Shown here: in pieces, positions 11,402-22,564 of the stretch
Position numbering within the stretch: the first letter of the stretch is position 1
How the letters are laid out: every line of letters begins with the position of its first letter
From: Diplonema japonicum
Lineage: Eukaryota > Protista > Euglenozoa: Diplonemea
Direction: 5' to 3'
DNA: 64,000 bases
Assembly: GCA_964019335.1 (NCBI GenBank)
Contig: OZ025735.1
Location: forward strand, 248,001-312,000
Notes under the pieces: model-generated
What the model saw: the letters and a program-made list of their open reading frames with translations, nothing else
The model's database searches: none
What the model was told of the DNA's origin: nothing
Position numbers and translations under genes: made by a program

Positions 11402-12573
11402 CCCTGGGCCGAACGCGGACACGTCTTTAGGGACGCGGTGAGGAAAGCCCGGAGCAGGTCGCTGGCGAACGAGAGGAACACAGTGAGAGGGATGGAGGCG
11501 GGAGCGGATCCCAAAACCAACCAACTATGGAAAACAGCCAAAGACCCGCTCATGTCCTACTGCCTGAGACGGGTTATCACCGGAGGGGTCCCCTACCTTA
11601 GCCCGCATGCAGGAACGAATCAAAGAAGCGTCCCCCTGGCACCAGAAGGTGACGGCACCGAAGAAGTCGAAGAGAGCATAAGCCAAGTCCCAACAACGAC
11701 AGTATCACGCACACAAGGGTTCAGGTGCGACCTGTGTGAATCACCGTACCCGGACACGGTAACCCTACTCCGCCACCAACTCTACGAGTGCGCCTGCGCA
11801 CAGGAAGAGCTAGCACAGGACGGCTTGGAACCACTGCGCAACAGGACAGGATGGCCCCTATGTCTGGAATTGCACGCGATTCTGCCGAGAGGACATGACT
11901 TTGCGTACCTAGAGAAGCTGCAACGATACTTAGCCGTGGTGGTTGAGAAACGAGACGTAGAGCTCATGCAGAAGGAGGATGTCAACACACAGCCGCTACC
12001 GTGGATTCGAAATGTGGTAGGTAAGAAATGCCCCGTTCCGATAGCTGGCGAGCTCGAAGGAGTGAGCGGGGTCCTGTCCCAGTACCTGAACCCGCTGCTA
12101 CAATGGTTGTCACAACTGCGCTGGGTGGAGAAGGACACCACCTCGGAGGTGTCGGCGGTGGAACTGGCCATTGACTTCGAATGGACGACCGGAAAGTCTT
12201 TGGGAGGCCTGCTGGAAGATAGGGCGCGCAGAATCAAAGCTCTCATCGTAAAGATAAACACAGCATGCAGGGCACGGAAGAAGCGACGCCCCTTCCCAGC
12301 GGACGAGAGAAAAAGAGTGAAGTCCCTCATCGCCATTGGAGGAAAGGCAGCTATTGGTTTCTCCAGGAGGCCTATTTTCGCCACCCGCTCCACGCACGAC
12401 AAGCTAATGGAATTGAAAGCCGACTACAAGCGGGACCGCATCACACGACTCCGCAAGACGCTCACGGCCTCAATCGGAATGAAAGCAATGCTCCAGAAGG
12501 GGAGTATTAACAGATAGACCCCCCCCCTCCCATAGGGCGGCCCTCTAGCGGGGGGCTTGTCCTGTACTTTGAG
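11402..12573 (+). mobile_element. 5'-truncated non-LTR retrotransposon (C-terminal part of the pol ORF plus 3' UTR)
   Basis: Frame is open from the first base after a T-run with no proper start. CCHC-type knuckle CDLC-x12-H-x4-C, plus WPLCLELHAILP and SAVELAIDFEWTTG motifs resembling the C-termini of protist LINE pol proteins. GC-rich 3' stem-loop; T-runs on both sides. Confidence 0.65.
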
Positions 12574-12599
12574 TTTTTTTTTTTCTTTTTTTTTTTTAT

Positions 12600-14370
12600 C
12601 CCCTAAACGCCCGGAGCCTACCTACGGTACCCCCCCCATTTTCGTTGTTGCTTTAAATACTCAAAAAAAGGGCAGCATGCAACCATAGGAAGGTGCAAGG
12701 AAAGGGTAAACGGTACTAAAATTTTCAATTCCAGGTGCCAGATTCAGATGAGAACACTTAACTATGTGTGTAAGAGGGGGGTTGAAGGTGTACTTTTTAT
12801 GTCCGATTTTGGGGGGTCTTGTCGTGGGGGGTCCGTGGAGTTATGGCTGGGGTAAATAGGGCAGCATTCAGCCCTATTTGGTGCCCTGAACTCTAGGATT
12901 GAGGTCAGTCTGGAGACTTTTTGGGGCTGTGGGATGAAAAAAGCAACTTGCGAGTTTTTTTTCCAGCTGGGGTAGCATGCAAGGGTAAAAAACACGTTTT
13001 GCATAAGGGGGTTTTGCAACAGGGGCACCACGTTTGCACCTTCTTCCCGTACCCAGGAACAGCATAGAGCACCCTCCTCACCTTCGTTCCGTTCATCATG
13101 GTCTCGGAGGTGTGATTTAGGGTCAAATCGAGACGTTTTGGGCATTTCTGAGTGAGGGAATCCTCATTGCTAGCGTGTTTGCGCTTGGGGGTCGGTGACG
13201 GTGTTGTCGGGGGGTGTGTGCTATCGGTTTTTGGGGCATGGGTGAGAAGCTTGCCAACAAGTTCTTCTTTGAAGCTCGGGAAGCCATAATTTTTGCCACA
13301 TTCCCTGCTCTTCTTCCAGATTATCGAGGGGTTGGCAACACAGCTTTCCAGGACCCAATAAAAAACGACCATGGTCCACTTCCGGGTTTTCATATGCCGA
13401 ACTCCAGTCCCCTGGAGCTGGTCTTGCAGGTCAGGGGTCGACAGCAAACCCTTAGGAGTCGACAGTACGCATGACTAGGTCCTGTGTTGCGGACTTCTTG
13501 CTGAAAATGTTGAAATTCGCCAGGTAACAGTTTTATGAGTCGCATGTAGCGATTACCTTGATGCCCACCGTGCCATGACTTTTATTGTTGTCGGGATAAC
13601 ACTGTCGTCAACAGACAACCACTTGCCAGGGGTCCGCACAGTCCAACACCGGTTGACAATGATGTCAAGAAACTTGCGCATGAGGTGCAGTTTCAGGCCT
13701 TCCAAATGCTTTCCAGGTTGTCAAAGGTGAGGTAGCGCTGTATGTCAACGAATCGGTTTCCTCATTTTCTCAAAAGCCGGGATGGTTAAATTAGAATTTG
13801 TTGTCCAGTAGCTCTTCATGTTCGGTGCCGAGCGTAAACCCATTAACAGGACCAACCCAAGCCAAATTTTGTACTCTGGGATGGAAAGATTCAGATTCCG
13901 CTGTTTTTTTGAACCGAAACGACCGTTCGTGGAAGAAACTATGAGCTCAAGTACCGCGTGTGTAAAAAAAAAAATTAAAAACACCCTCCTCATTGGCCGC
14001 TTCACCTAGAGGTGTCCCAAGCCCACCTTTTTACGGAAATGATATGTTTCGGGCCTTTGGGAGTATTTCTCCCACCCAAGCATCGTTTCCGGCCCCTCTT
14101 TGACCGCCTCATCGTCTTTTTCTTCTTTTTCTGACCAGTCGGGGGAGACGCACGTTTTCGCTGCTATTTTGACCATCTGATTTCATTTTAAGCCAACCCT
14201 GCCGGTTTCAATTAAAACAAAACTTTTAACGCAAAATGTAGTTCCAAGACAAAATAAACCGCGCAACAATGCCATATTTTGAAGTCCAGGGGCCGTGTTC
14301 AAAAAAAAGTACTTAGCGAAAAAGCAAATTTTGAAATAAGGACAAAAACGTCCGCGCGGGCGTTTAGGGG
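12600..14370 (-). mobile_element. Decayed, internally deleted piggyBac DNA transposon with 14-bp TIRs and a TTAT target duplication
   Basis: CCCCTAAACGCCCG at 12600-12613 is inverted at 14357-14370, with TTAT at 12596-12599 and 14371-14374. Minus-strand transposase pieces: FFFTHAVLELIVSSTN...WLGLVLLMGL...SYWT; PGKWLSVDDSVI; KTRKWTMVVFYWVLE; Cys-rich end WCPCCKTPLCKTCF. Confidence 0.92.
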
Positions 14371-14488
14371 TTATAATTGAAAAAATAGCCTTTTTTTTTT
14401 TATTATTATTATTCTTTGATCTTTGTTTTAAAAAAAAAAAAGGAAAAAAAAAAAACACGCACACTTGATAAGTTTAAAAAAAAAAAAA

Positions 14489-15274
14489 ATGCCGCGTCAG
14501 ATCGTTTGGCTCACTGGGATGTCCACCTCCGGGAAGACCTTCCAAGGGGACTACATGGCACAGGAGCTTGGCTTCCACCACGTTGACGGCGAGAAGGCAC
14601 TGTCACGCCCCGAGACGAAGGCCGTTGCGGACACAGTGCAAAAGTTCTACCAGGACTACGTATTCAAAGGGCTGGAGGCCCCAGAGGAGCTGTGGGTGCC
14701 CTACCACGATCTGATCTGCAGCGAGATCTTCAAGGACGCGGAGGCGGTTGGGGAGGACAAGGGAATCGTGGTGAGCCTGTCGAATTACTCCCGAAAGGTG
14801 CGGGAGTACTGCAGGAAGATGATCACGACACACTTTTCCGACAAGGCCACCTTCCGGTTTATCCACCTAGGTGTCCTTCCTGAGCACTTCGCAGCAAGGA
14901 CTCTCGTCCGGTATAAGGACTACTGCAAAATCCAGGATTTAAATTTTGAGAAGTTCTGGGAAGACATGGTGAAGAAAGGTCCTTACACTACAGAAGAAGC
15001 TGCACTTGAGGCCTTGCTAGAGGATGCGATGCTGAAAGGGTACGACAGCTACTGTGAGGAGACCGATGGGGATGATGTGTTGATTCCCACAGGGGCAGAC
15101 CACACTGGGGTTGCTGAGAGGATACACTTGTTGTTGGGGGCACCGCCTCCTTCAGAGAAGGTCACAGATCCTGACTTCATCAAGGCCATCATCAAGATCC
15201 AGCACGACCGCTTTGCGGCTGCTAAGGAGTTCCTCGCCGAGCAAATGGAAGAAGGCAAGATATCTTGTAATTAA
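14489..15274 (+). CDS. P-loop small-molecule kinase (gluconokinase/AAA_33-like)
   Basis: N-terminal Walker A WLTGMSTSGKT followed by LGFHHVDGE; ATG at 14489 after an A-run. Confidence 0.75.
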   Translation: MPRQIVWLTGMSTSGKTFQGDYMAQELGFHHVDGEKALSRPETKAVADTVQKFYQDYVFKGLEAPEELWVPYHDLICSEIFKDAEAVGEDKGIVVSLSNYSRKVREYCRKMITTHFSDKATFRFIHLGVLPEHFAARTLVRYKDYCKIQDLNFEKFWEDMVKKGPYTTEEAALEALLEDAMLKGYDSYCEETDGDDVLIPTGADHTGVAERIHLLLGAPPPSEKVTDPDFIKAIIKIQHDRFAAAKEFLAEQMEEGKISCN

Positions 15275-15969
15275 CTCGGGGGGGGGGGGGGGGGAGAAGA
15301 AAAAAATAGAAGAAATCGCCTACCTAACTCGTACACCCTGACGCCCCTCAATATCTATCCACAAGGGGCGCATGTCTATGAAGCTTGGCAAAAGGCTCTC
15401 TCTATCTCTATTTTTTTTTTTATTTTGTTTTTAATGAGCCGTTATCGAATTACATTACCTTTTTATTTCTTTTTTTCACAGATTTCAGGAAAAAAATCGG
15501 AACTACCTGGGCAAGGAATGTTGTTTCTACCACACCAAAAAAAAAGTACCAGGGGTGTTCCCGACCTTCGATTCTGAAGACGTTGATCCCTTCTTCTTTT
15601 TTTTTTGCTTTAGTATTTATTTTTTTAACGGGACAAAAAAAAAAAAGACAACAAAAAGAAAACACTTCCCTTTTTTTTTCTATCTTCCCATTTTTTGACA
15701 CACAAAACAAATCAACCCATGACGTTCTCGTGGCAAAAATTAAGCGGCTCTTGTTCACCGGTGTCACAAAAACCGAACACCGGTAAAACCTCGGTAACGG
15801 GAAAGAACAAAAAATTGGTGCGGGAGTTGGAGGTATGTAATTTATTCTAAAAAAAAGAAAACAAAAAACAAAAAAAAAAAAAAAGGCAAATGGAATAGTA
15901 AGAGACACCGCCCCATCGCCGCCTGCAAAAAACACGAAAACAAAGATTCTTTTAAATGTTTATAATCTA

Positions 15970-16701
15970 ATGAGCCCAGAAACGTATGTAATAGAACTTA
16001 TACTCCCCAATCCACACAGAAACCAAAAATTTAATTACCTCGGTGTTGGTATATACCATTCTGGAGTAGTTGTGCACGGAAAGGAGTGGAGCTTCGCGGG
16101 ATCGCGTGACCCTAACATAGGAGAAGACGTCCCGGGGGTTTTCAGCATGTTGCCCAAGACAGCTTTGGGCCCCGAAATGTTCCACTCAAGCATAGAAATA
16201 GGCGAGACAGACCTGACACAAGAACAAATTGCATGGATACTAGCGGGAATGGGGAAACAGTGGACGCTGACTTCTTACCACATATTGGGAAAGAACTGCA
16301 ACCACTTTTCTGAGGCGTTCGTGGGGAAGCTTGCAAAAGCGGCGGGTGTTAAATATTCTTTCCCTGGATGGGTAAACCGCGCGGCGAAGCTTGGTGATTT
16401 GCTAGTACCCAATGCGTTGTTGGAATACGTGATGCGGTCGCTGCCACAACCTCCACCTGAAGCATTTGCGACACCGCCCCCTTCTGGGCATAGCTGCAAC
16501 TGTCCGCACAGCCACTCCCATGCTCAAGAGTCCCGAGCGGAGACCCCCGAGCTTCCACCTATCCCGGATGACTTGTCGTCGTTGACTGTGCGGCAGCTGC
16601 GAACCATTTTGTTCTTACGAAAAATTGATTGGAAAGACTGCATCGAGAAGTCAGACATGGTGGCGAAGATAAAAGAATACCAACGGGAGCATTCTGCGTA
16701 A
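15970..16701 (+). CDS. PPPDE/DeSI-family cysteine isopeptidase with a C-terminal SAP-like helical domain
   Basis: GIYHSGVVVHGKEWSF (catalytic His) and YHILGKNCNHFS (catalytic Cys); C-terminal LTVRQLRTIL...CIEKSDMV. Confidence 0.92.
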   Translation: MSPETYVIELILPNPHRNQKFNYLGVGIYHSGVVVHGKEWSFAGSRDPNIGEDVPGVFSMLPKTALGPEMFHSSIEIGETDLTQEQIAWILAGMGKQWTLTSYHILGKNCNHFSEAFVGKLAKAAGVKYSFPGWVNRAAKLGDLLVPNALLEYVMRSLPQPPPEAFATPPPSGHSCNCPHSHSHAQESRAETPELPPIPDDLSSLTVRQLRTILFLRKIDWKDCIEKSDMVAKIKEYQREHSA

Positions 16702-16838
16702 TATAGAGAAGAAAAAAGGGGAAAAAATAAAAAAGAAAAAAGAAATACCCAAAAACCACAATTTTTCTTTTATTTATTTATCCCCCCTCCCCCCCGTTCT
16801 ATTTTTTATATACAATATTACCTCCAGTACAATACGGG

Positions 16839-18038
16839 ATGAACCAAACATGTGCGTTCGGTTCGACAGTGCTTAGCGCGGAATGTTGCGAAGAGACCAT
16901 CCTAGAAGACGGGGTGATAGAGGAGACGTTGGCACAGGACGAGGAAGCTGAGAAAATGCGGCGCGACATGCGTGAGATCAGCGAGATGGAACAACGGGTC
17001 ATGAAACGCGCGAGAAAAATGGAAAAAATCACGAACCTGTACAAGCTCGAAGAGGAAATCGGCCGCGGGGCGTACGGCGTCGTGGCGAAAGGGGTCAACC
17101 ATAAAACAGGAATCTGCTACGCGGTGAAAACAGTCAACGAGAAAAAAGCCGGAAAACAAGGCATGGCGATGGTTCAAAAAGAAGTGGCCATCTTGTCCTC
17201 AATCACACATCCCGGCGCCTTGAAGCTCACAGACTTCATCGCCACCCCCACCGCATACCACATTGTCACAGAACTGCTCCTCGGCGGACCTCTCCTTAAA
17301 CTCCTTACCGGGTTTCAGTCCTACTCCGAACGAACAGCCGCTGTTCTTGTGAGAAATGTAATGCACACACTGGAGTACATACACAGCAGGGGCATTGCCC
17401 ATCGTGACATCAAACCTGAGAACATCGTGTTGAGAATTCGTAAAGAAAGCACGACCACCGACGACTTACTATTGTCCTCCGCAACATTAATCGATTTCGG
17501 AATCGCCAGCTGGACGAGAGGAGCTGAACGGCCGTTTATAGGACTTGCTGGGACGCCGCGTTATATGGCACCGGAGGTCGTCAACGAGGTCCCTTATGGA
17601 GCTGCTGTGGATGTGTGGGCTGTGGGTGTTCTGTGTTATATTCTGATTTCCGGTGTGTTTCCATTTTCCGGAGCGAACACTCTGTCGTTGTTTAACAACA
17701 TAAAAAACGACCCGCCTTCCATGTCCGCCAAGGTCTGGCGGCCTGTGTCCCGCCCCTGCAAGGAGTTCATTCTTAAGCTCTTGAACAAGAACCCCCAGCT
17801 TCGCGCGACCCCTCGAGAGGCGCTGGAACACGAATGGCTTTCAGCGTCGCATTTCAACAGTCCTGATGCGTCGGAAGAGCTGGTGGAGTCGCGGACCTGC
17901 CTGAAGCGATTCAACGCAAGGGAAGCATTTAAAGCAGCGATCTTAAGCGTGGCGGCTGCAAGGAGGTTTGGCAAACTCTGTGGTGGTGGAGGTGGAGGTG
18001 GTAGTGAACAACAAAGCAAACGACAACGAACGATATAA
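16839..18038 (+). CDS. Ca2+/calmodulin-dependent (CAMK group) Ser/Thr kinase
   Basis: IGRGAYG, YAVK, HRDIKPEN, DFG, GTPRYMAPE, DVWAVG; CaM-binding tail KRFNAREAFKAAILSVAAARRF. Confidence 0.93.
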   Translation: MNQTCAFGSTVLSAECCEETILEDGVIEETLAQDEEAEKMRRDMREISEMEQRVMKRARKMEKITNLYKLEEEIGRGAYGVVAKGVNHKTGICYAVKTVNEKKAGKQGMAMVQKEVAILSSITHPGALKLTDFIATPTAYHIVTELLLGGPLLKLLTGFQSYSERTAAVLVRNVMHTLEYIHSRGIAHRDIKPENIVLRIRKESTTTDDLLLSSATLIDFGIASWTRGAERPFIGLAGTPRYMAPEVVNEVPYGAAVDVWAVGVLCYILISGVFPFSGANTLSLFNNIKNDPPSMSAKVWRPVSRPCKEFILKLLNKNPQLRATPREALEHEWLSASHFNSPDASEELVESRTCLKRFNAREAFKAAILSVAAARRFGKLCGGGGGGGSEQQSKRQRTI

Positions 18039-18185
18039 ACAGGGGGAGAACGAAAGGAAAAAAAAAAAAAGAAAAAAAAAAAAAAAGAAAAGTGTGCAAA
18101 CTCAATTTCTTTTCTTTTTGTTGTTTTTTTTTTTTAAGCCCTACAAAAAAAAAAAAAAAAACCTACCCGTATATCCCCCAGAGAG

Positions 18186-19220
18186 ATGGAAACAACATTC
18201 ATCGATCTCTCAGGTGAAAAGCACCTTTTGCCCCTTGAACCCGACGACACCAAGCACGATGTGGTCCGGAAGATATCGGAGATGACAGGGTACGACCCGA
18301 TGAGGTTTGACGTGAAACTTCGCGTTGATAAAGAGGGGCCTATAGGCGAGGAAGTCGTGAATGATGAAATAGAGGTGGTGATGAAAAAAGAATGGGCTGC
18401 AGTGGTAGAGTTACAGGAATTGGGTTGGTGTGCCAAGGACGTGATCCGAGCTGTAGAGGAGGGAAACATCGCTGCAGTCCGCCTGTGCTACGCAGCACGA
18501 CTCCCTTTGGGACGCGAGCTCATCGTCAACGCAGTCAAAAACGAGAATTTAGAAATGCTATGCGCGTTATACGGGACCAATGCCTCCCAGGAACCTGACC
18601 CAGACACTTTGTTCACACCATTACACCATGCAGCCTTTAAGGGGAATCTCGAGGTTCTCAAAAAGGTTATCTTGGAAACAGAAAATGTAAACCCATGTAC
18701 TGCCGAGCGGGCCACCCCTTTGCACCTAGCGTGTTTCTCACCTGGCGTTGAAATCGCTGAGGCTCTGCTTGAAGCAGGTGCTGATGTTACAAGCAGTGAT
18801 ATAGCAGGACACACACCTTTACATTATGCCGCAAGAGAAAGTACTGCTGATGTGATTGAACTGCTCCTCGATAACGGGTGCTCCGTCAATGTGAAGAACA
18901 TCAGGGGTGAAACACCGCTTCATATAGCAGTCCTGCGGAGTTCCCCTGATATAGCGACGCGTATCGCGTTTCGTGGCCAGCATGTTGATCTTGAGACTAG
19001 GGACTCGCAGGGATATACTGCCCTCCACACTGCAGCTGCTCACGGGAAGGTTTCTGTGGTTCGCATGTTGCTGCAACTTGGGGCCAGGGGTGAAGCAACT
19101 ACCCCCTCTGGGTTTACCCCAGCTGATCTTGCTTCTATGGGTCGCCATATTGAAACTGTGAGGTGCCTTCGAATCTGGAACCAAAGTGCCTCCCAGACCT
19201 GTTTGTGTACCTTATCGTAG
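18186..19220 (+). CDS. Ankyrin-repeat protein with a ubiquitin-like N-terminus
   Basis: Five TPLH/TALH ankyrin repeats. The N-terminus (TTFIDLSGEKHLLPLEPDDT...KISEMTG) resembles a ubiquitin fold. Confidence 0.88.
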   Translation: METTFIDLSGEKHLLPLEPDDTKHDVVRKISEMTGYDPMRFDVKLRVDKEGPIGEEVVNDEIEVVMKKEWAAVVELQELGWCAKDVIRAVEEGNIAAVRLCYAARLPLGRELIVNAVKNENLEMLCALYGTNASQEPDPDTLFTPLHHAAFKGNLEVLKKVILETENVNPCTAERATPLHLACFSPGVEIAEALLEAGADVTSSDIAGHTPLHYAARESTADVIELLLDNGCSVNVKNIRGETPLHIAVLRSSPDIATRIAFRGQHVDLETRDSQGYTALHTAAAHGKVSVVRMLLQLGARGEATTPSGFTPADLASMGRHIETVRCLRIWNQSASQTCLCTLS

Positions 19221-19428
19221 TTCGCTGGTGGTTCGTTGTTTTTTTATTGACCAGTGATTTTTTTTTTTTTCTTTTTTTTTTTTTCTTTCTTTTTTGTTAC
19301 AAATATTTATCTTTCAAAAAAAGAAAAAAATGATTTTATAACATATATGCAACTTGTGCCGAGCAAAAAAAAAAAAAAAAACTTTTTTTCGCAGCTTTTT
19401 TTTTTTTTTTTTTTCCTTTTGGTAGAGC

Positions 19429-19475
19429 ATGAGAACAAGGGGGCGTCTCACAAAGACTTCCTTTAACTCATATAT
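19429..19475. repeat. 47-bp hairpin repeat, copy 2
   Basis: Identical to 8326-8372; abuts a (TA)n run and the TIR element. Confidence 0.9.
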
Positions 19476-19484
19476 ATATATATA

Positions 19485-20961
19485 AAGGGGGGGCCTGAAT
19501 AATTCCCTCCCAAATAATGTGTTTTTTCCCAAATAATTCTTTTTTTTTTTTGGGGATTTTTCCACTCCAAATTTCCCAAATAATTCCCAACCCTTTCTTT
19601 TTTTTTTGGGGACCAGGGTGGGGGGGGTCACATGGTAGTCGTGCAATGGGCTTTTCTCAGTTATGCCTGTGCAGGGTACTAGCCTACCTAACCCATTATG
19701 ACACCCCTTTTTTGACCAAAAAGTCGATTTTCACCTGGTTTTGGGCACTTACGAGCAATTCCTTTGCATTTTGAACAGGGACCACAGGGTTTGGCACCTG
19801 GGGGTTATTGTGGGGGACTATTTTTCGCAAGAAGCTAGCTGGTTTGTGATGAACGGTTCAAAATTTCACAGAACCACTTAGTTCAAAGGCGCTTGTGGGT
19901 GGCCTGGGTGCTTCTGCGTTGCCGGAAGGGCATGTGCATTCATGTGTTGACAACTTATCCAGTATTTGCTTTGTTTCATGGCCCACAATGTCAATATTCC
20001 ATTCCTGAGCAAGATCCCAAAGCTGTGTCGTAGCCCACTGGCAGTATTGTGAGGCTGCTTACACAAGTAAGAGTGCTGGCCCAGTGAGCCATGAGGGCAA
20101 AAACCCCATTTTCTTCTAGAAGATGAGAAATATATTATAGTGTGACATGATCAGACTGGAACGGCCGCCCTGGGGCATCCTCTGCTCAACCCAGCAGACG
20201 TGGGAGGCCCTTCTTCAGAAGGTGCCAGTCGCTTGATCAGTGCCATCGTGCACGCTATATTTTATTAGTACAAATATAACAATCGATTGAAAAGGAAAAG
20301 TATGTATTGTGAGGCTGCTTCTCGCCATTTTGAGGGGTTAAGGGGGGCTGTGGCATGCCCCAAGCAGCCGAGGTGGGACGTTGATGACTGCAGCAGAGTG
20401 CCGAGTCAACGTGGCACTGTGGGTAGGGCAAGCACATGAGAAAGGTCATGCAACTGCTCAACACCTTTAGCTATATGCGATCTCACGGCTACCTTCCAGG
20501 TAGTTCCGAGGAGGCCATACAGCTAAGGGCACTTAGCAAAGTTTAGACAGTGCAGCAGAACGTTGTTGCAGGTGTTACAATGGACACTACACCTGATGAG
20601 ACTCCAGCAGCCTCCCAAGACCTGACAGTTTCTCAAGCCTCTCAGACCCCCGCAACCTCCCAGCAACCACCTAACGCCAAAACCAGGCGGTTTGTCTGCA
20701 ACGTTTGTGGGTTCTCCACAGCCTGGGAGAAAAACTGTTAAAATTTCCCTTGGAAAAAAAAAGGGCATGAAAAAAGTCTTGGCACGATTTGGCATGTTAA
20801 GATTTCCGAAGTGCTCTAAGCCCCGCTCCCTGCTTTCCATGTGGCAGGCCCCCCAGCCCAAATAAGTACAACCCAAATAAGTGTATTCCAAATAATTCTT
20901 TTTTTTTGGAGCCCTAACACCCCCCCACTGCCAAATAAAGGGATTATTCAGGGGGCCCCTT
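19485..20961. mobile_element. ~1.5-kb non-autonomous TIR element flanked by TA (Tc1/mariner-like by target site); complete copy
   Basis: Left end TA|AAGGGGGGGCCTGAATAAT versus inverted right end AAGGGGCCCCCTGAATAAT then TA (16/19 match). Multiple subterminal CCAAATAA repeats. A diverged second copy lies at ~45006-46497. Confidence 0.8.
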
Positions 20962-21007
<46 letters not shown>

Positions 21008-21624
21008 AAAATTCCCCCATGCACACTGAAATTTTATCGAGTTTTTTTTGCTCGTGTGAACAACAAAAGACATATAGGCAATAAAAGAATTATTTTTTTT
21101 TTCTTACTGGAACAAGTAAACAGATTTTGAAAAGAAATTGTTATTGCAAAAAAAAAAAAAAAGAATAGAGGCAGCTTGTCCGTTTATCCCTACTGTAGGT
21201 GAAAACAGCTTGCACAAACAAAAATGGCTTGCATCGACATCGATCCTTCTGAAGTAACTGCTGTTCTGTACCCTGAGGGAGGTGGATCTCGATTGCGCCT
21301 CCGGCTTGCACAAATAATCAGCCGACTTTTTTTTTTTTGTGGGCCGTTGCTAACCACTTCGTTTCCTATCATAGCGAATTTTTTTTTTTCTTATATATAT
21401 GTATTAGGACCTGGCTCTTCCATAGCCTTGTCCACACGTGGTCGGGAAAAGTACTCTCCAACCTGCTGGGACGCTAGTAGGAGCCGTTGAAGGGTGCCTC
21501 TCGCCTGAAGAGGTCTGCACCTGGAGTTGACCGAAACTGAGGGATACCTAGTACTGGCGATACCCCCCACCCCTTTTTAGGGCATGCAGCTTTCGTCACA
21601 AAGAGCTTGCATGTTAATTTGAGT

Positions 21625-21718
21625 TTATGTATTGCGTCAGGGTCCGACGGGCTGTACTCTCGGATCTGATCGATGAAATCCTCCACTTCCTGCTCCGTGA
21701 GTGCGTCAGGGCTGGTGG
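21625..21718 (-). pseudogene. 94-bp inverted copy of 6571-6664 (acceptor plus start of exon 3 of the RRM-CID gene)
   Basis: Reverse complement matches ccaccagccctgacgca...gacgcaatacataa. The ORF track gives the same peptide EDFIDQIREYSPSDPDAIHK at both sites. Confidence 0.92.
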
Positions 21719-21978
21719 CGTGATATCGTTCCTGTAGTTCTGAAGAAGGTCAGAATTCACTGTCCCAACCATTCACGTAGTCTGTGAGATGCCGTGCAGC
21801 AAGTGCTTTGCTGCTTTCTTGCTTGTGGCTGCACGCACTGTGGTCTTCCACATGAGTTGTTGTTTTTACACTCCTCTTTCTTGGGGGGCTTGGGGCCGCT
21901 GTGCCATTTACTGCATGGCGCCACTGAAACCGAGATAACTTTTCTCCCTTTTTTTTTTATTTTTGTTGCAAAAAAAAA

Positions 21979-22010
<32 letters not shown>

Positions 22011-22127
22011 AAAGAACGATACATTAACAAAGAAGGGTTTCTAACAAGAGCAGGGAGGCATTGCCTTTCTGCGGATTAGTCCTGCTGTGCAAAAAGAATC
22101 AATTAACTCTCTCTCTTTCTCTCTCTT

Positions 22128-22176
<49 letters not shown>

Positions 22177-22268
22177 TACCCTGCAATTGATATAACCGCG
22201 TTGAGCTGAACCCATACCCAAAGTCGGGGGGGGCGGTGGAGGGGAGAGTGAAAAGGACGTGAAAAAAA

Positions 22269-22529
22269 ATGCCGCCGAGAAAATCGAAACCCCCCCAGCG
22301 GTCCATCTTGAATATGCTTGGGTATGTATTCCCTTCGTGAATGAAGGGATTGGGGAAAGAGACGAATATTTAAAAAAAAAAAAAAAACAAGAAAAAAAGG
22401 TTGCCGGAACCGGAGCACAAAGTAGAGTCCCCACCACCAGCGAGAAAGACACGAAGAGTAGGAGGAAAGAAACCAGCAGCGAAAGGAGGTAAACGAAAAT
22501 GCGACTCCGACAGCGAAAGCGTGGTATTC

Positions 22530-22564
<35 letters not shown>

